Below are positions 21,119 through 32,900 of a stretch of 64,000 nucleotides of DNA, piece after piece. Position 1 is the first letter of the stretch. Each line of letters begins with the position of its first letter. The position numbers and the translations under genes are program-made. Origin of the DNA: Bacteroidota bacterium (GTDB taxonomy: Bacteria > Bacteroidota > Bacteroidia > Bacteroidales > Cfx3-03); NCBI GenBank assembly GCA_013390605.1, contig JACAUB010000001.1, positions 5,054,250 through 5,118,249 on the forward strand. Reading direction: 5' to 3'. The notes under the pieces were generated by a model. The model worked only from the letters and a program-made list of their open reading frames with translations, did not search any database and had not been told where the DNA came from.

Positions 21119-21405
21119 AATCAGATTTTTATAATAAGTTCCTTTTGATAAATGTATTCATAAAACCTTTTGGTTTTTATGCTTTTGTAAAGTTATAAAA
21201 CCCTTTTGATTTATGCTCTTTTAATTGTGAAAATTGAAAAGAACTTCATAACTTTACTGCATCTGTGAAGGCAAAAAATAAAATAAATTTTGATATAAAG
21301 CCAAATTGAACAGATATCTACAAAAGAAGATTACTGTTGTATTTCGGACGAACAGATAAAATTCAGCAAAGAGCGTTTTGATAAAAATTGAATCAGAAAC
21401 AAGCT

Positions 21406-23235
21406 ATGAAAAAGATTTTCCAAGTTATTTTATTGTGCATGTTCTTTCTTTCATCACAAGCACAGCAAAAAGCAAATCCAAGATTAATTATTCGTGGGGA
21501 TGACATGGGGTCATCACAGTCCAGTAATTTAGCCTGTCTGGAAAGTTATAAAAACGGAATTGAAACTTCCATTGAGGTGATGGTCGTTGCACCATGGTTT
21601 CCCGAGGCCGCCAGACTACTCAAAGAAAATCCCGGAGTCGATGTGGGCTTGCACCTTACGATAACTAGTGAATGGGACAATATTAAATGGCGGCCGCTCA
21701 CACATTGTCCTAGTCTTACAGATAAAAACGGATATTTCTTACCTATGATGTGGCCAAATCCGAATTATCCCGGTCTTGCTATAATTGAGAATAAATGGAA
21801 ACTTGCTGAGATAGAACAAGAATTTCGGGCTCAAATTGAAATGGCACTCAAGAATATTCCTCATTTGAGTCATTTGTCCGGTCATATGGGATCAACGAAC
21901 TTTGATAAAAAAGTAGAAGAATTAACTCAGCGGTTAGCATCTGAATACAATTTGACACATAAAGGTGATGGTGCAGATCCCGATTCTGGAATTAACGGTA
22001 TTGGGTATGATGGTCCTCATAAGACTTCCGCTGAAAAGGAATCCAGTTTTATAAAGATGCTAAACAGGCTAGAGGCCGGGAAAACTTATGTTTTTGTGGA
22101 TCATCCGGCATTAGATAATATCGAAATTCAAGCGGTACACCATATTGGGTACGAGGATGTGGCCAAAGATCGGCAGGGAGTGATAGACCTTTTTACAAGC
22201 AGTAAGATAAAAGAGCTGATCCGTGAAAAAGGTATAGAACTGATTAATTACAACGATGCGACCAAAGCATTGCCCCGTAGTACTCCCGAAATGGAGAAAG
22301 TTTCTTCGAAAGGGATCAGTAATTATTTGAAAGCTGTTAAAGAAAACAAACAAGATCTACATAGTCTAATGATTTTACGTCATGGTAAAGTCATCGCTCA
22401 AAGTTGGTTTGGTGATAATGCTCCAAACAAGAATCATATCATGAATTCTGTTAGCAAAACTTTTACTGCTACCGCTATTGGTTTTGCAGTTGCTGAAAAT
22501 CGATTAAAGGTTACGGATAAGGTAATCTCTTTCTTTCCAAACGATTTGCCAGAAACCATCTCTCCTTATCTGGCCGAATTACAGATTCGCGATTTACTGA
22601 CCATGTCTGTAGGTCACGATATTGATCCTACAGACAAAATCCGAACCCAGAATGGCAGCTGGGAGCGCTTGTTTCTGGCTACCCCAATTGTATATAAACC
22701 AGGAATTAAGTTCGTCTATAATAGTATGGCTTCGTATATGCTTTCTGCTATTGTGACGAAAGTTACGGGAGAAAAAGTGATCGATTATTTATATCCCCGC
22801 TTATTTCGTCCGTTAGGAATTACGGGTGCAGTATGGGAAACCAGTCCAACTGGCATAAATAAAGGTGGCTTTGGTTTATACATAAAAACGGAAGATATGG
22901 CCAGGATGGGGCAATTCTTATTGCAGAAAGGTAACTGGAATGGAAAACAGCTATTGCCGGAAGCATGGTTTGATGAGGCTACTTCAGTCAAAATTACTCA
23001 GTCACCTGTGTGGGTCCCTTCAAACATCAAATCGAAAGACAGTGATTGGGTGCAAGGATACTGCTATCAGTTATGGCGTTGTCGTAATAATGCTTATCGC
23101 GCCGATGGTGCTAATGGTCAGTTTATTATTGTTTTACCTGAAAAGGATGCAGTAGTTGTTACGACTGCCAATATCAATGATATGCAGGCTGAGATTAATC
23201 TTATCTGGAAGTATTTGCTACCAGCATTTGAATAA
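21406..23235 (+). CDS. fusion: YdjC/ChbG-like carbohydrate deacetylase + beta-lactamase-family serine hydrolase
   Basis: N-terminal RGDDMG, VGLHL, SGHMG, DHP; C-terminal SVSK (SxxK), LLTMSVG, YNS, RADG; signal peptide from ATG 21406. Confidence 0.82.
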   Translation: MKKIFQVILLCMFFLSSQAQQKANPRLIIRGDDMGSSQSSNLACLESYKNGIETSIEVMVVAPWFPEAARLLKENPGVDVGLHLTITSEWDNIKWRPLTHCPSLTDKNGYFLPMMWPNPNYPGLAIIENKWKLAEIEQEFRAQIEMALKNIPHLSHLSGHMGSTNFDKKVEELTQRLASEYNLTHKGDGADPDSGINGIGYDGPHKTSAEKESSFIKMLNRLEAGKTYVFVDHPALDNIEIQAVHHIGYEDVAKDRQGVIDLFTSSKIKELIREKGIELINYNDATKALPRSTPEMEKVSSKGISNYLKAVKENKQDLHSLMILRHGKVIAQSWFGDNAPNKNHIMNSVSKTFTATAIGFAVAENRLKVTDKVISFFPNDLPETISPYLAELQIRDLLTMSVGHDIDPTDKIRTQNGSWERLFLATPIVYKPGIKFVYNSMASYMLSAIVTKVTGEKVIDYLYPRLFRPLGITGAVWETSPTGINKGGFGLYIKTEDMARMGQFLLQKGNWNGKQLLPEAWFDEATSVKITQSPVWVPSNIKSKDSDWVQGYCYQLWRCRNNAYRADGANGQFIIVLPEKDAVVVTTANINDMQAEINLIWKYLLPAFE

Positions 23236-23356
23236 TCAACTGATATAAATGGCTTTTGAACTCGGACAAGATACAGGTGATCTACACTTCAAAATCAGTT
23301 CTTCGATTCTCCTACATTTATGTTCGGATTTTAAAATCGCCCTTTTCCTTTTCAAT

Positions 23357-23465
23357 TTTAATTCTATTCAAAGTCTAATACAGCATTAGGCTTTGAATAG
23401 AGTTAGATTAGAATATGATTAGGGTCAGATTAGGATTACTTCATCTTTATATATTGATAATCAGA
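23357..23465. repeat. hairpin + phased 11-bp repeat element, divergent instance C
   Basis: Stem 23360-23379/23385-23404 (two G.T pairs); TAG ending at 23389, 23400, 23411, 23422, 23433; TGATAATCA at 23455. Confidence 0.75.
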
Positions 23466-23527
23466 TAGATATAGAATGTGCTTACTATGAAAAAAGAATT
23501 GAAATACAAGATAGATTCTATCAGCAT

Positions 23528-23570
23528 AAAATAGTTCACACCGACTATCATATCATAGCCGGCGTGACTA
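23528..23570 (-). terminator. intrinsic terminator of the GH27-esterase-GH43-GH43 unit
   Basis: Minus strand TAGTCACGCCGGCTAT-N6-ATAGTCGGTGTGAACTA then TTTT; wobbles favour the minus strand. Confidence 0.65.
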
Positions 23571-23584
23571 AAGTTGCATTGTTT

Positions 23585-24586
23585 TTAACGTTTAATAATC
23601 TTTTTACTTACACCTTCAAAGGTTAGTTTTACCGGATTAATCAGGCCATCTTTGGTAAAACTAAGCGTGTCGATACAAAGTACGCGATGGTTTTGATTCG
23701 TCTCTTCAAGAGGGCGGCGATGATAAACAATATACCATATGTCTTTGCCCGGAATCTGGATAAAGGAATGATGTCCGGAACCAGTGGCAACTTTTAAATC
23801 TTGTTTTAAAATTTTGTCAACACGTTTAAAGGGTCCTAACGGAGAATCAGCGACGGCATAGGCTACCGAATAATCCGGTCCTGTCCAGCCACCTTCGGCC
23901 CAGGTGAAGTAGTATTTCCCATTGCGTTTAATCATGCACGGGCCCTCTACATATTTATCGGGCGTAATTTCCTTGAAGATTGTTCCATCATCGAAAGGAA
24001 TAAATCCGGTAAGGTTTTTATCCAGTTTTGCCACATTGCAATGTCCCCACCCACCATAGAATAGATAAGCTTGTCCGTTATCATCGATAAAGACGTGTGG
24101 GTCGATAGGTTGGGCTTTATTATGAAACTTGTCGATCAATGGTTTCCCAATCGCATCTTTAAAAGGACCCTCGGGTTTTGAAGCAATAGCAACGCCAATG
24201 CCTCCATATTGTTGATCGTTCTGGATGTCGTTAGCAGCAAAGAAGAAATAGTATTTTCCATTGGCAAAGATGGGTGAAGGTGCCCAGACAGCACGTTTGG
24301 CCCACTTTATATTGGTCGTATCTAGAATATGGGGATGCTTTGTCCAGTGAATAAGGTCTTTCGACGAAAAAGCATCGAAATAAGTCTGTTTGTCGTATTC
24401 GGCCGAATAAGTTGGATATATCCAGTATTCCTTTCCGAAAATTCTACTTTCAGGATCGGCATACCAACCCTTGACAATTGGGTTTCCGGATGTTAATGCC
24501 TTTTGTTTGTTTTGAATTGTGCTGCTTTGCGAAAACGCTGAAGTAGCGAAAAGCGAGAGCAAACATAAAGTTAGTAATGGTTTCAT
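23585..24586 (-). CDS. glycoside hydrolase family 43
   Basis: YADP, WAPS, IDPHVF, VEGP, SGHHS five-bladed propeller motifs; signal peptide. Confidence 0.9.
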   Translation of the reverse strand: MKPLLTLCLLSLFATSAFSQSSTIQNKQKALTSGNPIVKGWYADPESRIFGKEYWIYPTYSAEYDKQTYFDAFSSKDLIHWTKHPHILDTTNIKWAKRAVWAPSPIFANGKYYFFFAANDIQNDQQYGGIGVAIASKPEGPFKDAIGKPLIDKFHNKAQPIDPHVFIDDNGQAYLFYGGWGHCNVAKLDKNLTGFIPFDDGTIFKEITPDKYVEGPCMIKRNGKYYFTWAEGGWTGPDYSVAYAVADSPLGPFKRVDKILKQDLKVATGSGHHSFIQIPGKDIWYIVYHRRPLEETNQNHRVLCIDTLSFTKDGLINPVKLTFEGVSKKIIKR

Positions 24587-24708
24587 AGTTGAATAGAGAT
24601 GGAGTTTTCAAAGGATAAAGGTAGTTATTGTTTAATTATTTATCCTTGGGGAACTCCATTTTATTCAGTGATGTGCAATGCGCATAATTCTAATAAGCTG
24701 TAAGGTTT

Positions 24709-25698
24709 TTATTCTTTTACTTCTTTGACAATCCGTAATGTATTACCAGTGTCTTCCATTTCGAATAGGCGAGGCCGTGAATTTCTATTATTTGGGGCGT
24801 GGAGTATCATCATTAACTTACCTTCAAAGGAGGTGAATACCATTCCGTGTCCTCCATCGTCTTTATAAAGCGGTTCGGCCTGTTGTGTCCAGGGGCCAGC
24901 GAGCTTACCCGATTCGGATATGGCAATACCTTCAGTATATCCTCCGGTTCCTCCACTCGCCCAAATCATGTAGAGTTTTCCGGTTTTTCCTTTGTAGAGA
25001 AAACAGCCATCTGTGACATTATTTCCATATTGCTTACCCATCTTACTCCAGGGAGCCTCGTTGCCATAAAATAATGTTTTAGGTTCGCCAACAATCTCTG
25101 ATAAATCGTCTTTCAACTGAACATAACATATTGAACCGTTTGTAATCTGAACCCATTCATGGCAAAATACCATATATGGAATACCGTCTTCAGACCAAAG
25201 TGTGCCATCAAGGGTCATCATATCGACAGGTAGCGTAGCGTGATTTTGAAAAGGCTTAAAAGGGCCCGTTGGCGTATCACCTACCATGATTTGAGATCCA
25301 CGTGTGACACGGGGAAGCCAGTCTCTCCATTGTTCTGAAAACTTATGTTGTGTGTCGAAAGTCAGGAATAGATAATATTTCCCTTTATACGCATGTAGTT
25401 CAGGGGCCCATATACTTACAATGGGTATTTCGCCCCAGATATCCTTTGGGGCATCGTAGATTGTAATGGGGCCTTTCCAATTTAAAAGATCTTTACTTGA
25501 ATAACATTTTACACCTCTCCAACCCGGACCTACTATATAGTAAGTTTTCGTGGTTGGATCAGGATAAATACACATGTCGCGCCAATGCATGTCTGCCAGC
25601 TTAACAATCTTGTCTGCCTGCACTGATGTTTGTGCTTTCAACTCAATCATGACTGAACAGTTGATTAGGATCAATATTGTAAAAATAAACTTCTTCAT
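24709..25698 (-). CDS. glycoside hydrolase family 43
   Basis: WRDM, WAPELH, TLDGTL, HEWVQ, VTDG, DGGHGM; signal peptide. Confidence 0.85.
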   Translation of the reverse strand: MKKFIFTILILINCSVMIELKAQTSVQADKIVKLADMHWRDMCIYPDPTTKTYYIVGPGWRGVKCYSSKDLLNWKGPITIYDAPKDIWGEIPIVSIWAPELHAYKGKYYLFLTFDTQHKFSEQWRDWLPRVTRGSQIMVGDTPTGPFKPFQNHATLPVDMMTLDGTLWSEDGIPYMVFCHEWVQITNGSICYVQLKDDLSEIVGEPKTLFYGNEAPWSKMGKQYGNNVTDGCFLYKGKTGKLYMIWASGGTGGYTEGIAISESGKLAGPWTQQAEPLYKDDGGHGMVFTSFEGKLMMILHAPNNRNSRPRLFEMEDTGNTLRIVKEVKE

Positions 25699-25705
25699 GC
25701 GTATG

Positions 25706-26650
<945 letters not shown>

Positions 26651-26695
26651 TTATCATGTTATAATAGTCTGGAGGAAAAAATAGCTTCTGATAAT

Positions 26696-28066
26696 TTATT
26701 TTATGACGGTTAGTCTATAAAGTCCGGCACCATGATGATTGATTACAGGTGCAAATTCGTTAGAGAAAACTCCGATGACTTTATTTGTCCAAACATCCTT
26801 AATGGTGCATTTGCCCTTAATCCCCAGTTGAGATAATTTCACCGGGATTGTCAGTTTTTCTGAATTTTTTTCATAATCCGTAGCATTAAATACGGCAAGA
26901 TATTTATCACCTGTTTTGGGATCGTCGGCAGTCCAGGCTATAAGGTCATTGTTCCTAAAGAGTTGCTTGTTGTTGGTGCTGTGTTGATTTACCTCGAGCA
27001 TCCCTTTATTGGTAATCAACGATAAAGTAGAAGCATCATTATCTGGAAGATTGCCACCAAACATCAACGGTGAGCGGAAAATGGCAAAAAGCGACATCAT
27101 GGTTATTCGTTCGTCTTTTGTAAATGCACTCATTCGGTTATCTCCTCTTTCGGCTCTGATTCCGATTCTACCTAATGGAAGCATATCAGCATCAGGAAAA
27201 TGTCCGTCTCCAATATATGGGGACCATCGATCGCAAACCTCAAAATGCTCTTTAAGTTGTTTCCAGTTGTCCCAAAAGTCACCTACAGTACGCCACATGT
27301 TTGCATGGGCCATTACATGGTCAGCATTTGCTATTGGCGTTTCTCCAGGCGAAGTGCTTAATACAATTGCACGTCCGCAATCATCAATAGCTTTTCTGAT
27401 CATCTCAATTTCACCTGTGTGGTAGGGTACAGAAAGGTCGTCAACTTTCACAAAATCGAGGCCCCATGAGGCATAGAGTTTAAAAAGTGAATTATAGTAT
27501 GCTTGTGCACCCTCCTTACCGGCAACAACTGTGTACATGTCGCCTAGCCAATTACAAAGTGTGTCTTTTGAATAAACATCTTGTGCTTTTGCAGTGCTGC
27601 CAAGAATAGGCGTATTTTTAGCTACTGCTACTTTGGGAATACCTCGCATAATATGGATGCCAAACTTCAGTCCTTTGCTATGAATATAATCGGCAAGCAA
27701 CTTAAATCCTTTACCATTTGCAGCTGATGGAAAACGAACTGGACTTGGCAGAAAACGTCCATATTCGTCCATTACATAAGATGGATCTTTTTCATTATAG
27801 CCGTGTGCTTTGTCGTTATCAACATACCATCGGATATCAACAACAATATATTCCCAACCTGCCTTTTTAAGATATTTTGACATGTAGTCGGCATTAGCTT
27901 TTACTTCAGCCTCCACTACAGTTGGACCAAAACAGTCCCAACTATTCCATCCTAAGGGTGGGGTCTTAGCCCAGTTAAGAAAGTTGGAGTTGCTTGATTT
28001 GTTTTGGCCAAAAGTAAATAAAACAAGAACCGTAAATAATACACTTAAAAAGTAATGTTTTTTCAT
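26696..28066 (-). CDS. glycoside hydrolase family 27 (alpha-galactosidase / beta-L-arabinopyranosidase-like)
   Basis: TPPLGWNSW, VVDIRW, WGLDFVKVDD, MWRTVGDFWD, PDADMLP. Confidence 0.9.
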   Translation of the reverse strand: MKKHYFLSVLFTVLVLFTFGQNKSSNSNFLNWAKTPPLGWNSWDCFGPTVVEAEVKANADYMSKYLKKAGWEYIVVDIRWYVDNDKAHGYNEKDPSYVMDEYGRFLPSPVRFPSAANGKGFKLLADYIHSKGLKFGIHIMRGIPKVAVAKNTPILGSTAKAQDVYSKDTLCNWLGDMYTVVAGKEGAQAYYNSLFKLYASWGLDFVKVDDLSVPYHTGEIEMIRKAIDDCGRAIVLSTSPGETPIANADHVMAHANMWRTVGDFWDNWKQLKEHFEVCDRWSPYIGDGHFPDADMLPLGRIGIRAERGDNRMSAFTKDERITMMSLFAIFRSPLMFGGNLPDNDASTLSLITNKGMLEVNQHSTNNKQLFRNNDLIAWTADDPKTGDKYLAVFNATDYEKNSEKLTIPVKLSQLGIKGKCTIKDVWTNKVIGVFSNEFAPVINHHGAGLYRLTVIK

Positions 28067-28316
28067 AAAGGCATTTTTTGAAGAATGTTTATAATGAAAT
28101 GTAATGAAGATTTAGTAGTAAATATATCTGAAGTTTTGAGCTTTAGAATATTTAAAATTCAATTAGCGAAATAGATTGCTTTAAAACAATGAATAAATAA
28201 TACAAAAGTAAAATTAAACAAAACAGCATTTGTTTTACATTAATAAGTAAAAAAAATGATGAGATCTCTAAGATGAATATAGGGCGTTTTTAAAAAAAAG
28301 AAAGTATGCTTAAATT

Positions 28317-28355
28317 AGAAGGGAAGTGTTACTTTAACCTCAACACTTCCCTTCT
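28317..28355. terminator. stem-loop downstream of susD (terminator or stabilising hairpin)
   Basis: AGAAGGGAAGTGTT-N11-AACACTTCCCTTCT perfect 14-bp stem. Confidence 0.7.
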
Positions 28356-28395
28356 TCTTATATCATTATGCTATTGAAACCAGTATTCAGTAATG

Positions 28396-29943
28396 TTAAT
28401 ATCCAGTGTTTTGAGTATATAATCCTGGAGCCGCATCTAACTGTGATTGCGGAACCGGATAAACGATATATCCTGCAACTACTTGATTCATTTGTTTTCT
28501 GGTCAAATCATCAACAGCTATCCAGTTATTCATAGTTGTTACCAGATTTCCGCTTCTTTGTAGATCGAACCAACGGTTACCTTCATCAGCAAATTCTCTC
28601 CTTCTTTCATCAAAAAGTTGTGCCAGAGTAACATTTACTAAAGGAACAGCTCCTATTCCGGCTCTGGTTCTAATTTGATTTACTACTGCGTCAACATCAG
28701 TTGCTTGTGAACCAGGAGCACCATTTAAAACACATTCAGCTTTCATCAATACAATATCCGTATACCTGATGGCGATAAAGTTTATGCCCCAATCAAAACG
28801 ACTTGTCGATGGAATCTTCGTGAAATCAAGATACTTTTGAAAAAATGGTCGGGTTTCCGTACTGCCTGCATTATTGTATGGCGCTGTATGGATTGTGAAA
28901 GCTTTACGTACATCGTTGGCTGCATATTTACTCAATAAATCATTTGAAACTGGAATAGCTTCCAGACTTCCGTTTGACTTAGAGTCATTTATTGATTTAA
29001 AATACATGTTTGGGGCCAGATCCCACGGATAGGTTGCTCCATATATAGAGCTGGTGCCACTGGCTCCAGTTACATACATTACATCAAACACAGCCTCTTT
29101 GTTACCGGTAGATGTCGGGCTTTGATTGGAGTATGAAAATATATTAGCGAAGTTTGGATTGAGGGCAAATGAACCGCTACTGATAATATCCTGTAAGAGA
29201 GGTAAAGCCAAATTCCATTCACTCAATCCCAGACCTGGACCTTCTACTCCATAAGTAGGGCCTGAACGAGCCATATAAACTTGTGCCAGAAGTCCTTCAG
29301 CAGCATATTTAGTTGCTCTGCCAACATCTACCCCTGTGTATGATGTAGGTAAATTTGCTAAGGCCAACTGTAGGTCTGCAATAATTAATTTATATACGTC
29401 AGCTACCGGACTACGTTTAATTGTATTTGCTTCGGAGGCCAATACCGTATGATCAATAATAGGAACCTTACCAAAATATCTTACTAAATCGAAATAAAAG
29501 AAGGCTCTTAAGAAATGCGATTCAGCATCTAATCTGGTTGCTAAAGTTGTAGAATTGATGGTAGTACCATTTTTCTTGATTTGTTCTATTACTTCGTTTG
29601 CACGAAATATTCCATTAAAATCAGTACTCCATGCCTCTTCAATATATGTGTTACCGGTTATGGCCTTTTGGAAACTGTTGATGGGGTCCCAATCCCTTAC
29701 GCCTAAATCAGATACTCCATAAATATTGTCAGAACGGATTTCTGAAAGGTTGAGTAATCTATCAGGATAGCCTCGTAGATCGCTATAAATCGCATTTACG
29801 CCCTGAATAAAATCACTTGGAGATTGATAAAACGTAAGTGTTGTACCCTGTGAAATTGGGACTTGATTTAGATCCTTATTGCACGAAAAGGACAGGATGC
29901 TAAATGCTATTGCGAGTATAAAAAATATCTTCTTCATTTTCAA
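28396..29943 (-). CDS. susD: SusD/RagB family glycan-binding lipoprotein
   Basis: Lipobox FSC; FLRAFFYFDLVRYFG, IRYTDIVLMKAE, ERRREFADEGNRWFDL, YPVP; follows susC. Confidence 0.95.
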   Translation of the reverse strand: MKMKKIFFILAIAFSILSFSCNKDLNQVPISQGTTLTFYQSPSDFIQGVNAIYSDLRGYPDRLLNLSEIRSDNIYGVSDLGVRDWDPINSFQKAITGNTYIEEAWSTDFNGIFRANEVIEQIKKNGTTINSTTLATRLDAESHFLRAFFYFDLVRYFGKVPIIDHTVLASEANTIKRSPVADVYKLIIADLQLALANLPTSYTGVDVGRATKYAAEGLLAQVYMARSGPTYGVEGPGLGLSEWNLALPLLQDIISSGSFALNPNFANIFSYSNQSPTSTGNKEAVFDVMYVTGASGTSSIYGATYPWDLAPNMYFKSINDSKSNGSLEAIPVSNDLLSKYAANDVRKAFTIHTAPYNNAGSTETRPFFQKYLDFTKIPSTSRFDWGINFIAIRYTDIVLMKAECVLNGAPGSQATDVDAVVNQIRTRAGIGAVPLVNVTLAQLFDERRREFADEGNRWFDLQRSGNLVTTMNNWIAVDDLTRKQMNQVVAGYIVYPVPQSQLDAAPGLYTQNTGY

Positions 29944-29958
29944 ATGGTTTGTTGATGA

Positions 29959-32900
29959 TTAAAATGTGATATTTAACCCTACTATTAATGATTTCGCTAA
30001 TGGTAAACCACCATAGTCTCCAGGTGCCAGATAGTTGGCATTCCCACTTAGGTCGGTATTTGTTGCATCTGGATTAGCACCACCATAATAATAGTCGCGT
30101 CCAAAGAAGTTCTCGGCAGTGACATATATACGTGCACCCTGTATTATATTCTTTTTAATCAGACTTCCCAAATTATAACCTATTGTTATATCGCGTATTC
30201 GTACATAGTTAGATGAATATAGCCAGTCGGTATTTACAATTCTGCCAAATGTAGAATACACTTTACTAACACGACCGGCTCCCGGTTGATTGGCTGACTC
30301 CCATCTGTCTAAATAGAATGAAGGCGCATTATCTGTAAATCCCTGACCAGTTCTCGTAAGAGCACGTCCCAGAAGCGAATAAATTGATCCACCATTCTGT
30401 CCCTGTATCAATATACTCAGATCAAATCCTTTGTATTTAAAGGTATTGGTTATACCCCATGTATAATCAGGATTCGGATGACCTACGATTTGACGGTCAT
30501 TTGCATCAATCACACCATCGGGAACACCTTTCGGTCCGCTAATATCTTGATATTTGGGATCCCCAACGGTTTCAGTTCCATACATAGCTACTTTATTTGT
30601 AATATCGGCTTGTGTTAAACACCCATTTTGTCTAATGACGAAAATACTATTAACAGGCTGTCCTACTCTCAAAATAAAGTTGGAGATATCAAAAGAAGAA
30701 GGTATTAAAATTTGAGTTTGGCCGGGACCTAGAGCAACAACTTTATTGGTGTTATGACTAATCGTAACGGATGTATTCCATTGAAATTTACCAACAAAGT
30801 TATGAGAGGTCAACTCCAATTCTTCACCTATATTTCTTACAGAACCTGTATTGTTTAAATAGGTTGAAAAGCCTGTAACTTCAGGTACCTGTACATTCAG
30901 CAACAATTGTGTGTTCAGCTTATTATAGTAATCAAAAGATCCTGTTAGACGATTGTCAAAGAGACCAAAGTCTAAACCAAGGTCATACGTAACAGATCTT
31001 TCCCATTGCAAATCAGGATTTGCAATTTTACTTGGCGACTGACCTATCACTGCTGCTAATGTCGTTCCAAATGCATAACCTGAGGAAACAAGTGTTGGAA
31101 TTGGAGCATAGTCTGAACCTAAATTGTTAGTGCCATTGGCACCATAACTTCCTCTTATTTTTAAATCACTAATTACATGAATCTTACGCATGAAATCTTC
31201 TTTAATGATGTTCCATCCGATAGAAGCTGAAGGAAAAATACCGTATTTAGAATTGGCTCCAAATCTGGAAGAACCATCTTCACGTAAACTTGCAGAAAGC
31301 AGATATTTATCATTATAGCTGTATTGGACACGGCTAAAGTATGATAGCAAAACGTTCTGTGTAGAAGAAGAACTTCCTGTAACTGCAGAGGCCGCATTTA
31401 ACGTTTGTATTACACTACTGGTATAGCCACCACTTGATGCCAGCGATGAGTTATCCGTTCTGTCGTAGTTATATGATTGACCAAGCAACACATTCAAATT
31501 ATGTATTTTATCAAAGGAAGTATTGTATGACAATGTATTTTCATTTACAAAAGTTTGTCGTTTGTAAGTGTTGAATGAGCCTGTAGTATTCGATGTAAGT
31601 GCTTTTGCAGCTGGATCAAACGTCCGGCTAAGCAAGGTGCTCGAAACAGTATATGGCACATAAGAGCGCGAGTTATTATCCGTATTATCTAAGTTAATTG
31701 ACGATCTGAAAGAAAGTCCTTTCATTAATTCGTATTCGCCATATAGAGTAGCTAGTGTACGATATCTTTTTGTTTCTCCTACAATGTTTTGAAGCTTAGC
31801 AAGAACACTATTTGTAGTATTGCTCCATGCATATTGTCCATTATTAAATGAGTTTGCATAAGCACCAGCAGTTGACTCTTGTACCGGGCTCATACTTAAG
31901 GCTTGATGATAAATATTATCTTTACCTTCAACCCCCGGATCTTCGATAATAGAATAAGTTGGCGCAATGTTTATACCCATTTTGAAATGGTTTGTGGCCT
32001 TAACCTCAACATTGGCTCTTGCAGAATAAGTGGTGTAACCCATATCTTTAACAAAACCATCCTGATCAGAGAAATTTCCTGATACGAAATACGTTACTAC
32101 ATCATTACCGCCACTGGCCGTAAGTTCATGGTTTTGCATTACACCTGTTCTGAATATCTGGTCCTGCCAGTTTATGAAATCTAAACCGGGATGACCTGCT
32201 TGTGACCAACGAGGATCTAGAAAATAGTTGACATTAAATGATCCGACAATTGCAGTTCTTGCTGCAGCATCATCCGTCACCTTTGCACCTTTTGCCCCAT
32301 AAGTAGCAAGATATTGCCCATTGATTATCTCAGTAGCTCTATTTATCCAACCCTGACCATCCAACATATTTACTTTTCTACTGGCTTGGTTTATACCCAT
32401 GTATGTGTTGTAGGTGATTTTGGGTTTCCCCATCTGACCTCTTTTGGTTGTGATAAGTACAACTCCATTTGATGCTCTTGAACCATAAATAGCAGCTGCA
32501 GCAGCATCTTTCAAAACCTGTATTGACTCAATATCATTAGGATTAATATTATCTAGAGGATTTCCTGTAGCAAAATTTCCGGCACCATTAGTCGAAGCTG
32601 TTGACAGAGGGAAGCCATCGATTACATATAAGGGTTCATTGCCAGCACTTATTGATCCTGTGCCACGCACCTGAATACTAAAAGCTTTTCCGGGAACACC
32701 AGTTGTTTGTTTAACATTAATACCGGCCATCTGTCCAACCAAAGCCTGGTCTACTCGCGTAATCGCACGTTCATCCAGATTCTTGTTTTTGAATGTTGCA
32801 ACTGAACTTGTTACATTCGCTTTCTTTTGCGTTCCATAACCAATTACAACTACTTCATCCAGATTCTTTACATCACGAACAAGCTTTATATCTATTCTGG

